A stretch of DNA of 64,000 bases. Origin: the human T2T-CHM13v2.0 reference genome, Homo sapiens. Below the pieces are notes generated by a model. It did not search any database. It saw nothing but the letters and a program-made list of their open reading frames with translations, and had not been told where the DNA came from. Position 1 is the stretch's first letter. Each line of letters begins with the position of its first letter. Position numbers and translations under genes: made by a program. The DNA is taken from assembly GCF_009914755.1 (NCBI RefSeq), contig NC_060930.1; one strand, written 5' to 3'. This document shows positions 26,477 through 41,664 of this stretch, in pieces.

Positions 26477-26715
26477 TATAAACTAAAAAATAATAAAAGA
26501 TATATTGTTTATCATAGTTTTATTATGTTTCAAAGAAAGTATCACATATGTTTTAGAACGAAGAACAAGCACATACCTAAAAATTTAGTTTATACATATG
26601 CATATAAACTAAAAAATAATACAGGTTATATTGTTTGTCATAGTTTTATTATCATGTTTCAAAGAAAGCATCACATATGTTTTAGAGCTAAGAAGAGCAA
26701 GCATATACATAAAAA
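26477..26715. repeat. Diverged tandem duplication (period 126 bp) with an inverted filler between units
   Basis: Unit 1 26477-26583 and unit 2 26603-26715 both start TATAAACTAAAAAATAATA and share ATGTTTCAAAGAAAG.ATCACATATGTTTTAGA. Confidence 0.95.
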
Positions 26716-27847
26716 GGAGGTCAAGATCCTATAAAATATATTAAATCTTCCCTCTCTTCTCCTCAATTTTTGGTTCATTAGATAAGTAAACAAATTGCAG
26801 AAATTGTTAAGAAAAGAAAATATATTGAAATTCATTACGATAGATTTCCCTACTTTTTGTTTGAATGTGTAAATGAAAAGTATCCCAATAGCTGAGGCTT
26901 AAAAGTATGTGTAACGAAGGTGAGCAAAGTATGTATTGATTTTACTTAACAAGTTGGACAATTAGCATGTTTCTAAAATTTTAATTACTTGACTCTACCT
27001 AGCATTCTCCAGCCTGATGTTTTTGCAATTACTCTGAAAGTTCCCTAAACCTAACTTGCACGGAGCTCTGTGTTTAAACCCACGTACCCATCCCAGTCTT
27101 TCCTGGCCATTCAACACGTAACGGATTCAAATCTTTGCTAATTCATTCACAAGAATCAAAGGCCAGGCTGGAGAGCAGTGCCTTGAGCAGGAGACATGGC
27201 TTCTGTGTTAAGTGTTTATAATATTTATATTCTATTCAAGTCAAAATTTTGTGCTATTGAAAATATTATCTCAAGCTACTTCTAATTATTCTCCAACAAC
27301 AGTGATGAGTGTTTACTATTTCGAATAGATTTTTTGTCTGTCCCTCCTACCATCAAATAATTCTTAAACTCTCTCTATAGGAATGTTTTTCTCTTTAGAC
27401 CATGTTTCTAGTCAGAGTGAAGCAAAAAGTCCTTGTCATGTGTCCAACATGATTGCTAGCTATGAGAGGTAAATAGAATAAAATGCTAATCAAACTTTTA
27501 AAATCTTCTTCTGTTTCCTTGGGACAATTATTTAAAAAATAAACAATTAATATTTTAACAATATAGTTATTAATAATAACAATAACACAATGTGAGATTA
27601 AATCATTTTAATTTTTCTGCAGGTTAGATGAAAGATACATGGTGCTCATGTACAGCAACATCAGATATTATTTTTGGAGTCACAATGTTTTTAAAAAATG
27701 ACAACTTTACTTTTAAACTTAAACATACCCCGATAGATAGATAGATAGACATGATAAGCAGTCTGAGAGTAAGAAAACAATTTCCAAATTTGAATGGATA
27801 TTGTACATATTATATTTATTTCCCAGAAATATAAAAAAATATATGCT

Positions 27848-27982
27848 TATATGGATATTACTATAATTATATATATATATATAACTGTATGGATATAACC
27901 ATAACATGTATTTCTATAACTATATGGATATAACTTATATAACTATATGGATATAACCATAATTATATGGATATAACTATAA
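27848..27982. repeat. AT-rich irregular minisatellite with core TATGGATATAAC
   Basis: Core recurs about five times with variable TATAAC/TATA spacers. Confidence 0.85.
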
Positions 27983-28401
27983 AGAAAAAAGATTTGTTTT
28001 TCTTATGTGAATCATTAAAAAAATTAAATTGTTCTGTAATTACAATTTATCTATGCTTCAGTGCTCACAGTTTTTAAATTAAATATCGAATACTTAAGAC
28101 AATTTGTACATAGGTTTCATGGTTTTCAACCACGTCTAATGAAAGTTTCAGTCTAAACAAAATAAAAACATTTGGGAGGGGATGAATGCTCATCTGCTAT
28201 TAAAGTTTCCAGTACTTTGTCCTGGAGCTTCTTAAATTTTTACATTCGCCAAAAGGAGATTTTAGTAGTCAATCATCACTTGCAAATTAAATATTTTTTA
28301 AGTATTGTATTCCACTATTAGTATAAAGTGTTGTTAGTAAGCAAAACTATTCTTTTGATTTGTCAGAATCTTATTTAGACTTTTTCTAAAAAAGCCTTCT
28401 A

Positions 28402-28755
<354 letters not shown>

Positions 28756-31536
28756 AAAAGTTGACCCTTGAAAATAAAATCAACATACAATTCAATGTTT
28801 TTCATTATTTCATGAGCTTATTCATTTTCTGATCTTTAAGATTCCTGATAGTAAAGACAATGTTTACTTCACACACGTATATATATATATGTTTTAAACA
28901 GCAGTACACATTATAACTCTTGTCATAAGTTGCTTCAAGTAAATGAAAGCCAATAAATAGAAAGTTGCAGATTAAAGAAAATAAAATACTGACAGTGTTG
29001 GCATGCTTATGATGTTCTGCTGAGATTTTTAAATAGAAAAGTATGTGAGAGGTCATTTACCTTATCGTACAAAATCAGGAACAAGCTAGTTGTAGCAGCA
29101 GTTGGAAACTTTTAAGGAAATGCTACTTGTGCATGTCAGGTGTACAGCTGACATTATTTCTATTATCAGAGACTAAGCAAAACTCTGTGATTGCTATTAA
29201 TACTGAAATGTTAAAAAAAAAAAAGGTGAGGTCTTTGTTTCATAGTTGCTAGTGTTGGCAAAAATGAAATGTTACTTCCACAGCATAAAACTGACAGTTT
29301 CTTCACCTTCTAAAAGTGCAGACTATTATTAGCATTTTGTATATAAAACAAGTAAAATTTGAGAGTCTTTCGAAAAATGTATGTCTATAGATGGATAAGT
29401 ATGTACATAATTGTAAATTGTATAAATTGCATAATAGGCAATACAGATTTTTTTCTAATTATTTCTAAATAAATCTTTAATTAATTTATTTATTTCTAAA
29501 TAAATCTTTCTCATTTATTTCTATGTGACTGCCTTAAAAGTGAGTGAAAGATTTATACATATTTCCTTTATCCAACTTTTCCATTCCTCTTCCATGTTCT
29601 CATCTGAGATTATAATTCTTCCCTACCCTGAATGGCAGGTACCATATTGCGGAACAAAACATTTCAGGTGATTCTGGCCACTGTTCTAATGGAAAAGTAG
29701 AATAAATTCTTATTAATCCTACAATCAAATTATAAGTCTGAGTGCAACTTTGAGATGTTTGTAGGAATTGATTTGAACCAAGTCTTCAGAATCTTTCTAG
29801 TTTTATGCAAAGCTTACCTAAATTCTTCTGAGTCGTGAGAACTTTGGTATTACCCCTTACATACATCCTTTGTGACTAAGGTATTCATCCAGGAAAAAAA
29901 GTCCTTTCAAGTCCTAGTCATAGGAGGACAGTCGTTTTCTGAGGATTAAAATGGAAATGGAAACTTAAAAGGTTGGTATTTTCTTAGTGGATACCACATT
30001 TAAAAATATGTTTAACATAATAGTCCAATTTAAAGGAAAATGCTATCATTATAGACATAAGATAGTAGTCTTTTATTCTTAACTATATACTAATCTCCAT
30101 GAATACAAAGCAAGGTATGTTCAACTACTAAACCTGAATATTGCAATATTTCCATATTAAGCTTTATTTTCTTTAGCTTTCTCATATACTAAAAGGACCC
30201 CATAAGGAGTTGAGAAATTTTTAGGATTATAACACACCCTAAGAAACAGTCTGAATACATATACTTTAGTAAATATATAGAATCACAAAATGCAACTACC
30301 TCTCAAAATTTATTTTAAATCTATAAATAAATCACCATTTCTATTACAGCCCACTGAAAAGACAAAGAAAAAAAGTTTAGTTTCTCTGCTGAATTTCCTT
30401 TCTCATTACAAGGTCAACAGATGTAGGTGGGAAGCTATTTTGGCTTTTCAGTTTCCTGATTGCTCTAGATAGATCAACTATTCACCTTCATGTTAGTGAC
30501 TTCATTACATTCTGATATAGAAACTAATTTGAAAAAGGCTGACCTTTAAAATACTGAAGGTGACAAGAGGGTAAACGAAGGAGGTGAAGAAGATACAACT
30601 GAGCAGATCTCAAATCATATTTGTTTTAAAAGCTACCTTATGAGCTATTCACCTCTCACAATTTAGCTTTTTAATCCAAATTTTAACTTCAAAGTAGCCC
30701 CTGCTGACTCAAAAGTGTTATACCACGCAGTGGCCAGGTGGGGGAGAAGTGCAGCCTTATTCCTTTGAAGCTTGGCTGCCCAAGATCAATAGGAGTTCAC
30801 AGGTGGCCATACTTCAAAGGGGAAGCACTATGTCTCTGTTTCGGTCCAGCCCCTGTAACAGTTATTTTCGCCCCCTCCAGTGGCTTGGAATTGGCTTTCA
30901 TGTTATATTTTCACTTAAGAAAGTAAATGAAGAGCATTAGAGGCAGATCTTGATTAAAAGAATTTTAAAAGAAGCCAACATCTTGAGAGGACCAGCTACC
31001 TTTTAAAAGCACCTATTAATGCAATTGCTGGGTAGAAGGAAAGGTAAGCCTGCAGGGGAGATTTTTAAAAGCAACCCACTTACAGGGTTGCATCTGACAT
31101 TTTAGCAACTAAGCTAAATCTCTTCAACAAGCTACAATGGTTGTAGGTAAATTTTATTCAACATTTTGTAGCTGGATATCTATTCTACAGTGTAGTTAGA
31201 ATGAAAAACATGCCCACAGCTGCCAAGTTCAGGTGAAAAGAACTCACTTATATTACTTGAAAAATAGCAATGATTAAGTTACTCGTTAAACATATTTCTA
31301 CACAATCAATGCACAAGAATGTAATTCCTGAGTACATTTCCATGTAATGTTTGCCGAAATATATTTTTATTAATTTTTATTTTATTTTATATACTATGTA
31401 ATATATATTTTACATACTTTTTATAAACAAGAATATGAAATAATGGATAGTGTTTCTGTTATCACAGATAAATAAATCATACAAATCACAATCATTTTTG
31501 TAAATAAAAACCAGAGGAATTCCTATAATCAAGAAA

Positions 31537-31705
31537 AATGGTTCTGCATGTTAGCCACATATTGAAATCACCTGGCATATTTTTAAAACACTACCAGGAC
31601 CCCATCTGGAGATTTTAATTTAATTGGTTTAGAATGGGCCTGGGCATAGGAATTTGAAAAGTTCCTCAGGTGATTTTCATGTGCACCAAGAGTCAGAAAT
31701 GCTGA
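31537..31705. mobile_element. MER5A1/MER5B-like hAT-Charlie MITE
   Basis: TGGTTCT...AATCACCTGG...TTTAATTGGT...GGGCCTGGGCAT...CAGGTGATT... Confidence 0.7.
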
Positions 31706-31713
31706 CCAAGAGC

Positions 31714-31875
31714 ACAGCTTCTCAAACTCTAATGTGTATATAACCACCTGGGGACCTTGTTAAACTGCAGTTCTAGTTCAGTAGGTCCAGGGTAAGGCCT
31801 GAGATTCTGCATTTCTAACAGGCTCCCAGGTGATGCTGAGCTGCTGGTCCCCAGAGCACTCATTGTGGAACAAGA
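31714..31875. mobile_element. MER5A/B-like hAT-Charlie MITE
   Basis: CTTCTCAAACT...CACCTGGGGACCTTGTTAAA...GGCCTGAGATTCTGCATTTCTAACAGGCTCCCAGGTGATGCTGA. Confidence 0.8.
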
Positions 31876-33199
31876 ATTTATGATTCTTAGCTCAGGAAAA
31901 GGACAGACATTGGGATCATTAAGGCGTTTGAGTTGAAACTACCTATAGTCTCCTAACCCCAATCTAAACAGATACCCAGTGCCCCAACTCCGAGTGCCAG
32001 TATATTTCACCTTTCAGAGGAAACTTGTTGCTGAAGGTCATTAAATCTGGTTTCTGGCACAATCACTAGAAGGCTGCAATGAGCCTTTAAAATATACAGT
32101 CACTAATATAAGTTGCAGACTGGTATATTTCATAGGAAGAACCTGCTTACAACAGGCATTTTTTAAAAAAAAAAGCAGCTCTGCATTGTTAAGCTTCTAC
32201 CGTATGTATTGAGCTTGATGCCAGCAAGAATGCTAAGTGGGGCCTTTACTCTGATTGGACATATTCATGACATTTGTCCAAAGAAAAGATAAGCTGAGTG
32301 AAAGAACCAAAGGAAACACCTGGTTATCCACATTGGCGGAGATAGGCAGTTCTGCATGCACAGGAGGGATATTTTACCCTGAATTGGAGTGTACACATCC
32401 TGAGTGACCTCTGTGGGACCCAGGCTGCTAGCTGTGCAGGATGGTCTACCTTGCTATGAAAGTTTTAAGTTCCTGACACTGGGCTTCAAACACACCTTTG
32501 AATATATCTCCCTTTAGCAATAGATCTTTTAAATAAACCAAAGTATGTGTCAAGTACAAGCAAAAATTCTATACATTATCCTTCAAACCTTCTTGTGTTC
32601 TATGACAATGTGATGTTTTTAGAAAACTCTTGGATTTTTGAATATGAAAGACACAAAATTGAATGTGGGCTCTGATATAATTTAAGTATTTGGGCATAAA
32701 CTTTCTAAGCCTCCTGGTTATCTCTTTATTGAAGATCTTTCTTACCTCTAGTATCTTGGCTACCTGGGAGCCTCAGTCTTGGGTTTTGAAATTGTAGCAT
32801 TCCTAATTAATGAAGCCACTGTTTTTCAAAGCTCAAACAATGCACTGGGTTAACTGAGTCTAGGAAAGCTTTCAACACCCACCACAAATCATGACATCAA
32901 CACATAGACCCGTCCGTTGAATAAGTCAGTAGACTTATTTCCTTTGATTTAGGTACCTCTTCTTCCCTGCCATGTAGCCTTGCTTTGGGCAACTCTAATC
33001 CTCCCTGACCAGTCATCCTTACTCTGAGTCCTGGAGAAAAGATTTGGATTTTATTCCCTTCCGAGAAACCTGAAGAAATAGTATGCAAATTGACCCAACT
33101 GCTACCTAGATCTGAATGAGAAAAATTAAGAGAGCGTCAGCTAACAAACACCAAGAAATATGTTTTATTGTATCTTGCCCCTTGGCAGCATCTTACTTA

Positions 33200-33560
33200 T
33201 GGTTCCTTCATCACTTAACTACTTGCTCACCTGCGAAGTGCCAGACAACCTTCCAGAAACTGAGAATTTAGAAGTTAAAAAAAATAGACAATGCCCTTGT
33301 TCTTGAACTGCATATTCCCTAGATTAGGGTGAAAAATAACATAAGAATGACAACTATATTTTACTTTTATTTTCAGATAAGTTTACTTTTATTTTCAGAG
33401 ATGCTCATAGCTATGGAGGGGTTATAAGAAGTAGCATGATCTAATTTGTCTTTAAAAAGATTATGTTTTTGGTTGCAACATGGAAAATAGACTACAATAA
33501 GGCCAGTCAGGAGACTATTGGAGGAATCTGAATGAAAGATGATGGCACATGGATATGTCA
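33200..33560 (-). mobile_element. L2 fragments
   Basis: GTGCCAGAC..., CATGATCTAATTTG..TTTAAAAAGATT, GGCCAGTCAGGAGACTATTG: reverse L2 motifs. Confidence 0.55.
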
Positions 33561-34005
33561 GAGGCATCATGGAAGACCTGCTCAAACAAAGTACATAATG
33601 AATGCTAACAGTTACTATCATAGTCCAAGGAAGAACTCTGTGGTCCCTCTGTGATGCTCTCGTCAGGCTGTGTTGGAGACCATGGCCACCACTGCTCCCT
33701 TGTGTCTGACTAGCTTGTTGAGGTTCTTACTTTCCCAAATAACAGGAAGCATTTTCCCAACTAAAACCAGATTTTTAGAATTAAAATATTATTTCTGGAA
33801 ATGTGTTTTAGGCAATACATTACTCAATCTCATTATTTGATACTAACGGCAACTTTTTAAAGATTCTGATATTAACATAAATTAGGAAGTTTAAATACAT
33901 AAAATCTTCATTTTCCCATTATTTGTCCTTAGATATAAAGTTAATGATATTTGTGAATAAAAGGGGTAATAGACAAATTACACTATCTCCTCAATTCTAA
34001 GATAA

Positions 34006-34325
<320 letters not shown>

Positions 34326-34386
34326 TAAAATCACATCTTAAAGTATTTGGAATTGGAAACCCTCTTAGAATTGATGTGCACAATTA

Positions 34387-34806
<420 letters not shown>

Positions 34807-35458
34807 TCATTTTGCAACATACAATGAATGTAGAACATAAAAGTTATGTATTATAGAAATTCACAATTTCAAAACATATTGCTATAATGAAAGTTCTCTA
34901 ATACGGTGAAAAGGCTTATTTCTCATATAATATAGGGAGAAAAAATTCTGGTATTCAATTTAAACTATGACCCCAATAAAGGAATCACTAAGAGAGAATG
35001 TTGTCCCAATTTAGTAAGACAATAAAGAGAATGAGTGCCACAAAATATTGAAATAGTATGATTAATCTCTAAGAAAGAGATTTAGAGGTACTATACCCTC
35101 TCATTGCTCAGATTTCTTTTGTCCTATAACTCATGAATACATACTTTATCTAAACTGTTAGCATATTCTTTAAGGTAATCTTTAAGAGCTAAGAGGTAAT
35201 CCTTAAGAGTTAACAGAATCAAGCAAATTAAAAAGTTTTTATTCTATAAAAAAAATAGTGTGGTATAATTAAGTTATAGAAGAAACATGAGTTATGGAAA
35301 CCATGGTAGGGTTTCCAACAATGTCTAAATGGAAGAAGACTGCCAACACACAAATGATTATCATAACAATACTAAATACTTTTCGTAAAATTGTAAAGCA
35401 TTATGTATTGCTCATTAAATATGTTTCTAAAGGTTTACTTGTGAAACATTGTTTTACC

Positions 35459-36624
35459 AACTCAAGATGGATTAAAGATTTAAATGTAAAACCCAAAACT
35501 ATAAAAAAAACAAAAAAACCCTGAAAGACAACTTAGGCAATATCATCCTGGACATAGGAACAAGCAAATATTTCATGACAAGGACACCAAAAGCAATTGC
35601 AACAAAAGCAAAAATTGACAAATGGGATCTAATTAAACTTAACAGCTTCTGCACACCAAAAGAAGCTATCAAGAGAGTAAAGAGATAACCTACAGATGGG
35701 AGAAAATATTTGCAAACTCCCTCTGGTAAAGATCCAATATCCACCATCCATAAGAAACTTAAATTTACAAGAGAAAAACAACCTTAATAAAAAATGGTCA
35801 AAGGACATGAAGAGACACTTTTCAAAAGATAGACATATGGCCAACAAGAATATTGAAGAAAGCTCAACATCACTGATCATTAGAGAAATGCAAATTAAAA
35901 CCATAAAGAGATACCATCTTACACCAGTTAGAATTACAGTTATTAAAAAGTCTAAAAATAACAAATTCTGGTGAGGTTGTGGAGAAAAGGGAATATTTAT
36001 ACACTGTTGGTGGGAGTGTAAATCAGTTCAACCATTGTGGAAAGCAGTGTGCAGATTCCTCAAAGAGCTAACAGCAGAATTACCATTTAACCTAGCAATC
36101 CAATTACTGGGTATTTACCCAGAGAAATATAAATCATTCTACCATAAAGACACATGTACGCAAATGTTCACTGCAGCACTATTCACAATAGCAAAGGCAA
36201 GGAATCAATTTAAATGCCTATCAATGACAGATTGGAAAGATAAAGAGAATGTGGTACATATACACCATGGAATACTATGCAGGCATAAAAAAGAAAAAGA
36301 TGATGCCTTTGTAGGAACATGGATGTAGCTGGGGGCTATTATCCTTAGCAAACTAATGCAAGAACAGAAAACCAAATACCACATATTCTCACTTATAAGT
36401 GGGAGCTAAATGATGAGAACACATGGACACATAGAGGGGACCAACACAAACTGGGTTCTAGTTGAGTGGGGAGGGTGGGAGGACAGAGAGGAGCAGAAAA
36501 GATAGTTATTGGGTACTGGGCTTAATACCTGTGTGATGAAATAATATGTGCAACAAACCCCTGTGTTTACCTTTGTAACAAACCTTTATATGTACCCCAA
36601 AACTTAAAATAAAAGTTAAAAAAA
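35459..36624 (+). mobile_element. L1PA13-16-like 5'-truncated LINE (ORF2 C-terminus and 3' UTR)
   Basis: ORF2 relic peptides [51 protein letters not shown] with frameshifts; 3' UTR ends AAAATAAAAGTTAAAAAAA. Confidence 0.92.
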
Positions 36625-37674
36625 TTATACAACCAAAAAGTAGTAATTGCCTCCTTGACTTCCATTATAATATCAGATATATCGTTTTTTATATCACTTA
36701 ATTATATTTGGTCACTTCTGTCACTTACTTTCTTTGCTCTCTAGTCTCAATCTTTTAAACAAGTATGTAAATACATAGAATACTTATCACCAATTCTTTT
36801 TAAGGCAAATAGGTACCACTAGTTAAATTTATTGAGTAACTTCTAATATTTAAAAACACTTAAATTAGCTAGCAATATATATGATATCTGGAGGCAGAGA
36901 GCGCCTTCTAACAAAATGACTTAAATTGTATGTGGTAATAAAGAGCAGTTCTTGCTCCTCACATTCAATGTTTCAGCCATGCACAGGAATAATGAAAATT
37001 ATTCCACTAGCTTCAGTGGTTGAAAAATAATGATACCTCTTTCTATCTATATGAAGCACTGAATAATATTCAGAAAGTTTGCTTCTATACTCATTCTTTC
37101 CACCTGAGAGACTTTGCACATTGTTGCTCTTCATTTCCCTTCTCAATCCTGCAGTATAATGTAAACAATCAATTCATTACATATATTTTGTATTGAGATT
37201 TTCATTCTTTACGTCCATAGTGTGTTTTGTAATCCACTGTAGGAAGCAAAAGTAAATGACCTTTCCTGCCATTATTTTTATTCCAGGTTTGAGTTATTTA
37301 TTTGAGTTTTCCTAGAGATAACTAAGATAGATTCAAGAGGTGTAGACTAGAATGCTGATTCCTAAGATAATGGCCTTCCGGTTTTAACTCAGCCAGTAAA
37401 GCCTGTTTTCCCCTCCAAAACAGTGGGCTTCCTTAGAGAAAATAATTGGGCTCATTCCCTATACAGAACTAGGTAAGCACACAATGGAGAACCTTTTGGC
37501 ATAGTGTATCCCTGTTAGTAGAGATGCCAACAGAAGCATTAAGGGGTCGAGTACAGAAAGAAAAAGATAATAAGTGAATAAATGAAGTGAGCAAAGTTAC
37601 AAGCTATAGTGGAAACTGTAGGGGGGAAAAAGCCATTTATAGATAGAATAGAAAATTATATAGCTAAACACAGA

Positions 37675-38523
37675 ATCTTTCTTAGAGTCTTCTTGATCTC
37701 ACTCCACTCATCCAAGAATTAGAAAGGTATTCATCTTCAGATCATATCCCAAATGCAATTCTTTCCATTTCCTCCAAACCACCTGTGCATAAATCATTAT
37801 TATCTCCTGTTGTCTAGCGGCCGTTCTTCCACCCTGACTTCCTGGAGAAGCCCCATCCAACACCATCCCCCAACAAATGATCTACACAGGAGCCAGTTGT
37901 CTTAAACTAACTGGATCTTCTCACTCTCCCTGCATTAAGCCTTTTCACAACTACCAGTGTTAGTTAGAATAAAATCTACCTTTTTTCCCAGTTTTGCAAT
38001 CTCAGTGTTTATCTGTTCCCATATTCCTCTGTCTTCATCTCACACCCGTCTTCCCTCATTTCTTAAATTCCAGCAATAATGACCTTTCTTCTATTCCTAG
38101 AATATGAAAAGCTTGTTCCTGTCCCTAAGTCTTTTTCACTCTTCCTTCTCGAGATACTCTTCCCGTCATCATTTTTGCATTGGCCTGAAAGGCTTTTCCC
38201 TCAGCTTCTTCTTATCATTAGAGATCAGCTTAATCCTCACCTGAAAACTATACTGATCCCTTGACTTTAACTAGCCCTCTCTTTCAATCCAGCACATCAC
38301 CCTATTCTGTTTTTTTGTGTAACAATCATCATGAAAATATATTTTCTTCTTTGCTTCCTGTATTTTGATTAACTTCAGCCTGCCTCCCTTGTTCCACTAA
38401 CTAGATAGAAAGCTCCATGAGAGCAGGAACCTTGTCTGCCTTCTGCACCCTTTCTACGTCCAGTCCTAGAATAGTGTCTAACATATAAAAAATGCTCAAT
38501 GACTATTTATTGAATAAATGAAT
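37675..38523 (+). mobile_element. L2a 3' portion
   Basis: CT-rich strand ending AAGCTCCATGAGAGCAGGAACCTTGTCTG...CCTAGAATAGTGTCT...TGCTCAAT..TATTTATTGAATAAATGAAT. Confidence 0.75.
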
Positions 38524-38770
38524 AGTGTACTCCTACCTTATCTTTATCGCATTAAATTAGGTTTATTTGTGATTTGCCAGAATTTTCTTTAGCTATCTCC
38601 TTTGCAACTTCGTCTTTCTCCTCATTTCTGGATGGAAATGCTGGGTGGGCTCATAACATATTAATAATTTCTAATTTAACCATTTTTATTTATTTTAATG
38701 TATTGCAATTTTCACTTACTAGATATAGAAATATTAAATATATTATATGAACAAAAAAATCTTAAACTAA

Positions 38771-39079
<309 letters not shown>

Positions 39080-39460
39080 TAACAAAAGTAATTCTAACCA
39101 AATTATATAAATATTTAGCCCATGTGCTTGGCAATTATGCTGATGTTTGCCAAATATCTTATCTTCTTTTTTCTTTGTTTTACCAATATAGCTTGTCATT
39201 GTCTTATACATCTTGGTATATATAATATCTATTGCATGAAACCTGAAACACTGAGTATTTTAATTGTTTGCATACTTACTGTTATAACTATACATTATCA
39301 AAAAAACTGTTTCCTTTTATTTGCTTTTCTTGGTAGACGTAGCAGAGAAATCCATTTTGAAATTCTTCCTATATGTTTTAAACACGATTTTGTAATTCTG
39401 GCAAGCTACAATTTCATCTCTTTTAGAGGACATAATTAGAGATGGACTGACATAAGTTTA

Positions 39461-39572
39461 CTTGGTGTTCATTACCCAAATTCAGGAATGGCTCAGTTGC
39501 TTGGCTTATAGTATATACTCAATAAATATTTGTTGAGTTACTGTTGAAGATGTATTTTGTCCTTATTCTATG
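39461..39572 (+). repeat. Copy 1 of a 112-bp dispersed local duplication (L2 3' end plus unique flank)
   Basis: 96/112 identical, ungapped, to 39918-40029. Confidence 0.9.
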
Positions 39573-39769
39573 TTGAAATGTATCGATGTCCCTCCAAATG
39601 CCCATCAAATATTTATGTGCTACTCTCCATAGTTTTACTAAACATAGCTACAAACAATTCTTTAAAAGGGGGATTTTATATAATTTGAAAAAACCTGACA
39701 CCTGAAAATTTCAAAAACACACAATATAAATAAGCGTGTCATTATACAGTGAATAGTTCTGAACAGAAC

Positions 39770-39917
39770 TATAGAATTTTTGCTTGGAAAGTTACCTTAA
39801 AAATCATCTCATTTAACTATCTCATTACATATTTTGGCAACCAGAATCCCGAAAAGAAAAAGTAGATTGAAATAGATTTGGAAAATAGTAATAGAATAGT
39901 ACCTAAAAACTAGGTTT
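39770..39917 (-). mobile_element. MIR/MIR3 fragment
   Basis: TAGAATTT..TTGGAAAGTTACCTTAAAAATCATCT..TTTAAC..CTCATT resembles a reverse MIR. Confidence 0.5.
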
Positions 39918-40029
39918 CTTGGTGTTCATTCCCTAAATTCAGGAACTATTTGGTTGCTTGAAATATAGTGTATATTCAATAAATATTTGTTGAGTTACAG
40001 TTGAAGAGGTATTTTGTCTTTATTCTATG
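39918..40029 (+). repeat. Copy 2 of the 112-bp dispersed local duplication
   Basis: 96/112 identical, ungapped, to 39461-39572. Confidence 0.9.
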
Positions 40030-41372
40030 ATAAAACAAATCACAAGCACATATATATGTAAAGAAATCCTTGAGTGTTTATAGCATTACATGGTTAACAT
40101 ATGCTTTCAAAAAATATTTCTGAGTGAAGCATGCCTAGATTCTAATCTTGATCTGCCAGTGTCACATCTTGAACATGCCAAGAATGTAATTTTGGATTGG
40201 GTTCCCAATAGTAACAGTTAACAAATTTTTTTTTTGATCATACATGTGTTTGAGGCTTGACTCAACTGACCAATGGTCCATTCCATGTAGCACAAGGGGA
40301 AGTATTATCCTTGGCTTTAGAGCTATAGTTACTCTCTGCACAACCTGGCACAGTTTGCATCTCTGCCTTTTTGAATCATGGTCAATGCTTTTGCTCATAA
40401 AGAACCACTCCATTTCCGGTTGCTCAATGCCAGATTGTTCCCGCTGCTATTGTCTCCCAGCAGGCCAAAGCTATGTAGCATCATTTAACACAGAGGGGTT
40501 TGTCGACATTGTCAGTCCTCCATATTTATGAAGCATTGCATTCGTGGAGATGAAATATAGCCAAATTCATGTCGTTTCCAGGCTGCCTTTTCCATAACTG
40601 TCATTTATTTGGCTTGAAATGGGTAATGCTTGCTTTCCAGGGAGCAAATCTAGCCTTCTTTCAGAATGACGTTTGGAAAGGGATTTACATTCTCACACTA
40701 AGCAGACTTCTTGTTCTAAGAGTAGCAAAAATCAGCAAGAATTACAAGAAAGAAAAAGAGGGGAAAAGATACTGAAAAATTCAGAAACGTTTTTGTATCT
40801 TTCAAAACTCAGTGGGATTGAAACCTTTAAACACTAGCAAATATGTATGACATTTTCTGTATTCAAGATCAATTTAAAAAATAATAATACCTGCTTTAGT
40901 GCATAAATATATTACCAATTCAGTTCTGCAAAATGTTATGACACTCAGATGCACATATGGTTTATACAACGTGGAATTCAAGAACAACCTGCATGTGATA
41001 GAGGGACTGTACAAAATTATAAGAAATACAATAAAAAGATGTAAATTGAGCAGCCTAAAAGAGGAGCATTAAAGGTATTAAAAATCTTTACCAATTAGTA
41101 ATTCCTGACAGTACATTCTAAGTAAGTTAACTGTCACAGAGAAAATCTGTATCTTCAGATAAGATTCTAAGAATGTTAAATCATAATAAAACCCATGAAC
41201 AGTTGTAGGGACAAAACACACAGTTGACAGCTTTCTGTTTTGGGCTGATCAGGAGTAAAAGTAACAAAAAGCTCACAACCATGACTTTATGAATCAAACC
41301 CGATTAACCACTGTTTCAAAATATTCCTTTTTAAATTTTTAATAAAAAAATGCCAGTAAGAAGGTGTCTTTG

Positions 41373-41664
<292 letters not shown>

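Noticed and set aside
26462-26734. 90-aa ORF with an internal peptide repeat
   Set aside because: Caused by the DNA duplication in very AT-rich sequence; no independent coding evidence.
27848-27982. Repeat-spacer look (TATGGATATAAC), also the repeats at 4302-4372, as CRISPR-like arrays
   Set aside because: Primate DNA, no cas genes, short repeats and spacers that are themselves repeat-derived; these are minisatellites.
30700-31050. MARE/AP-1 site TGCTGACTCA, CTCF-like G-rich motifs and a strong donor AAG|GTAAGC
   Set aside because: Isolated short motifs; the CTCF matches are partial and nothing links them.
40226-40800. Processed pseudogene on the minus strand using the T10 run as poly(A)
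   Set aside because: No convincing TSD, poly(A) signal or recognisable parent.
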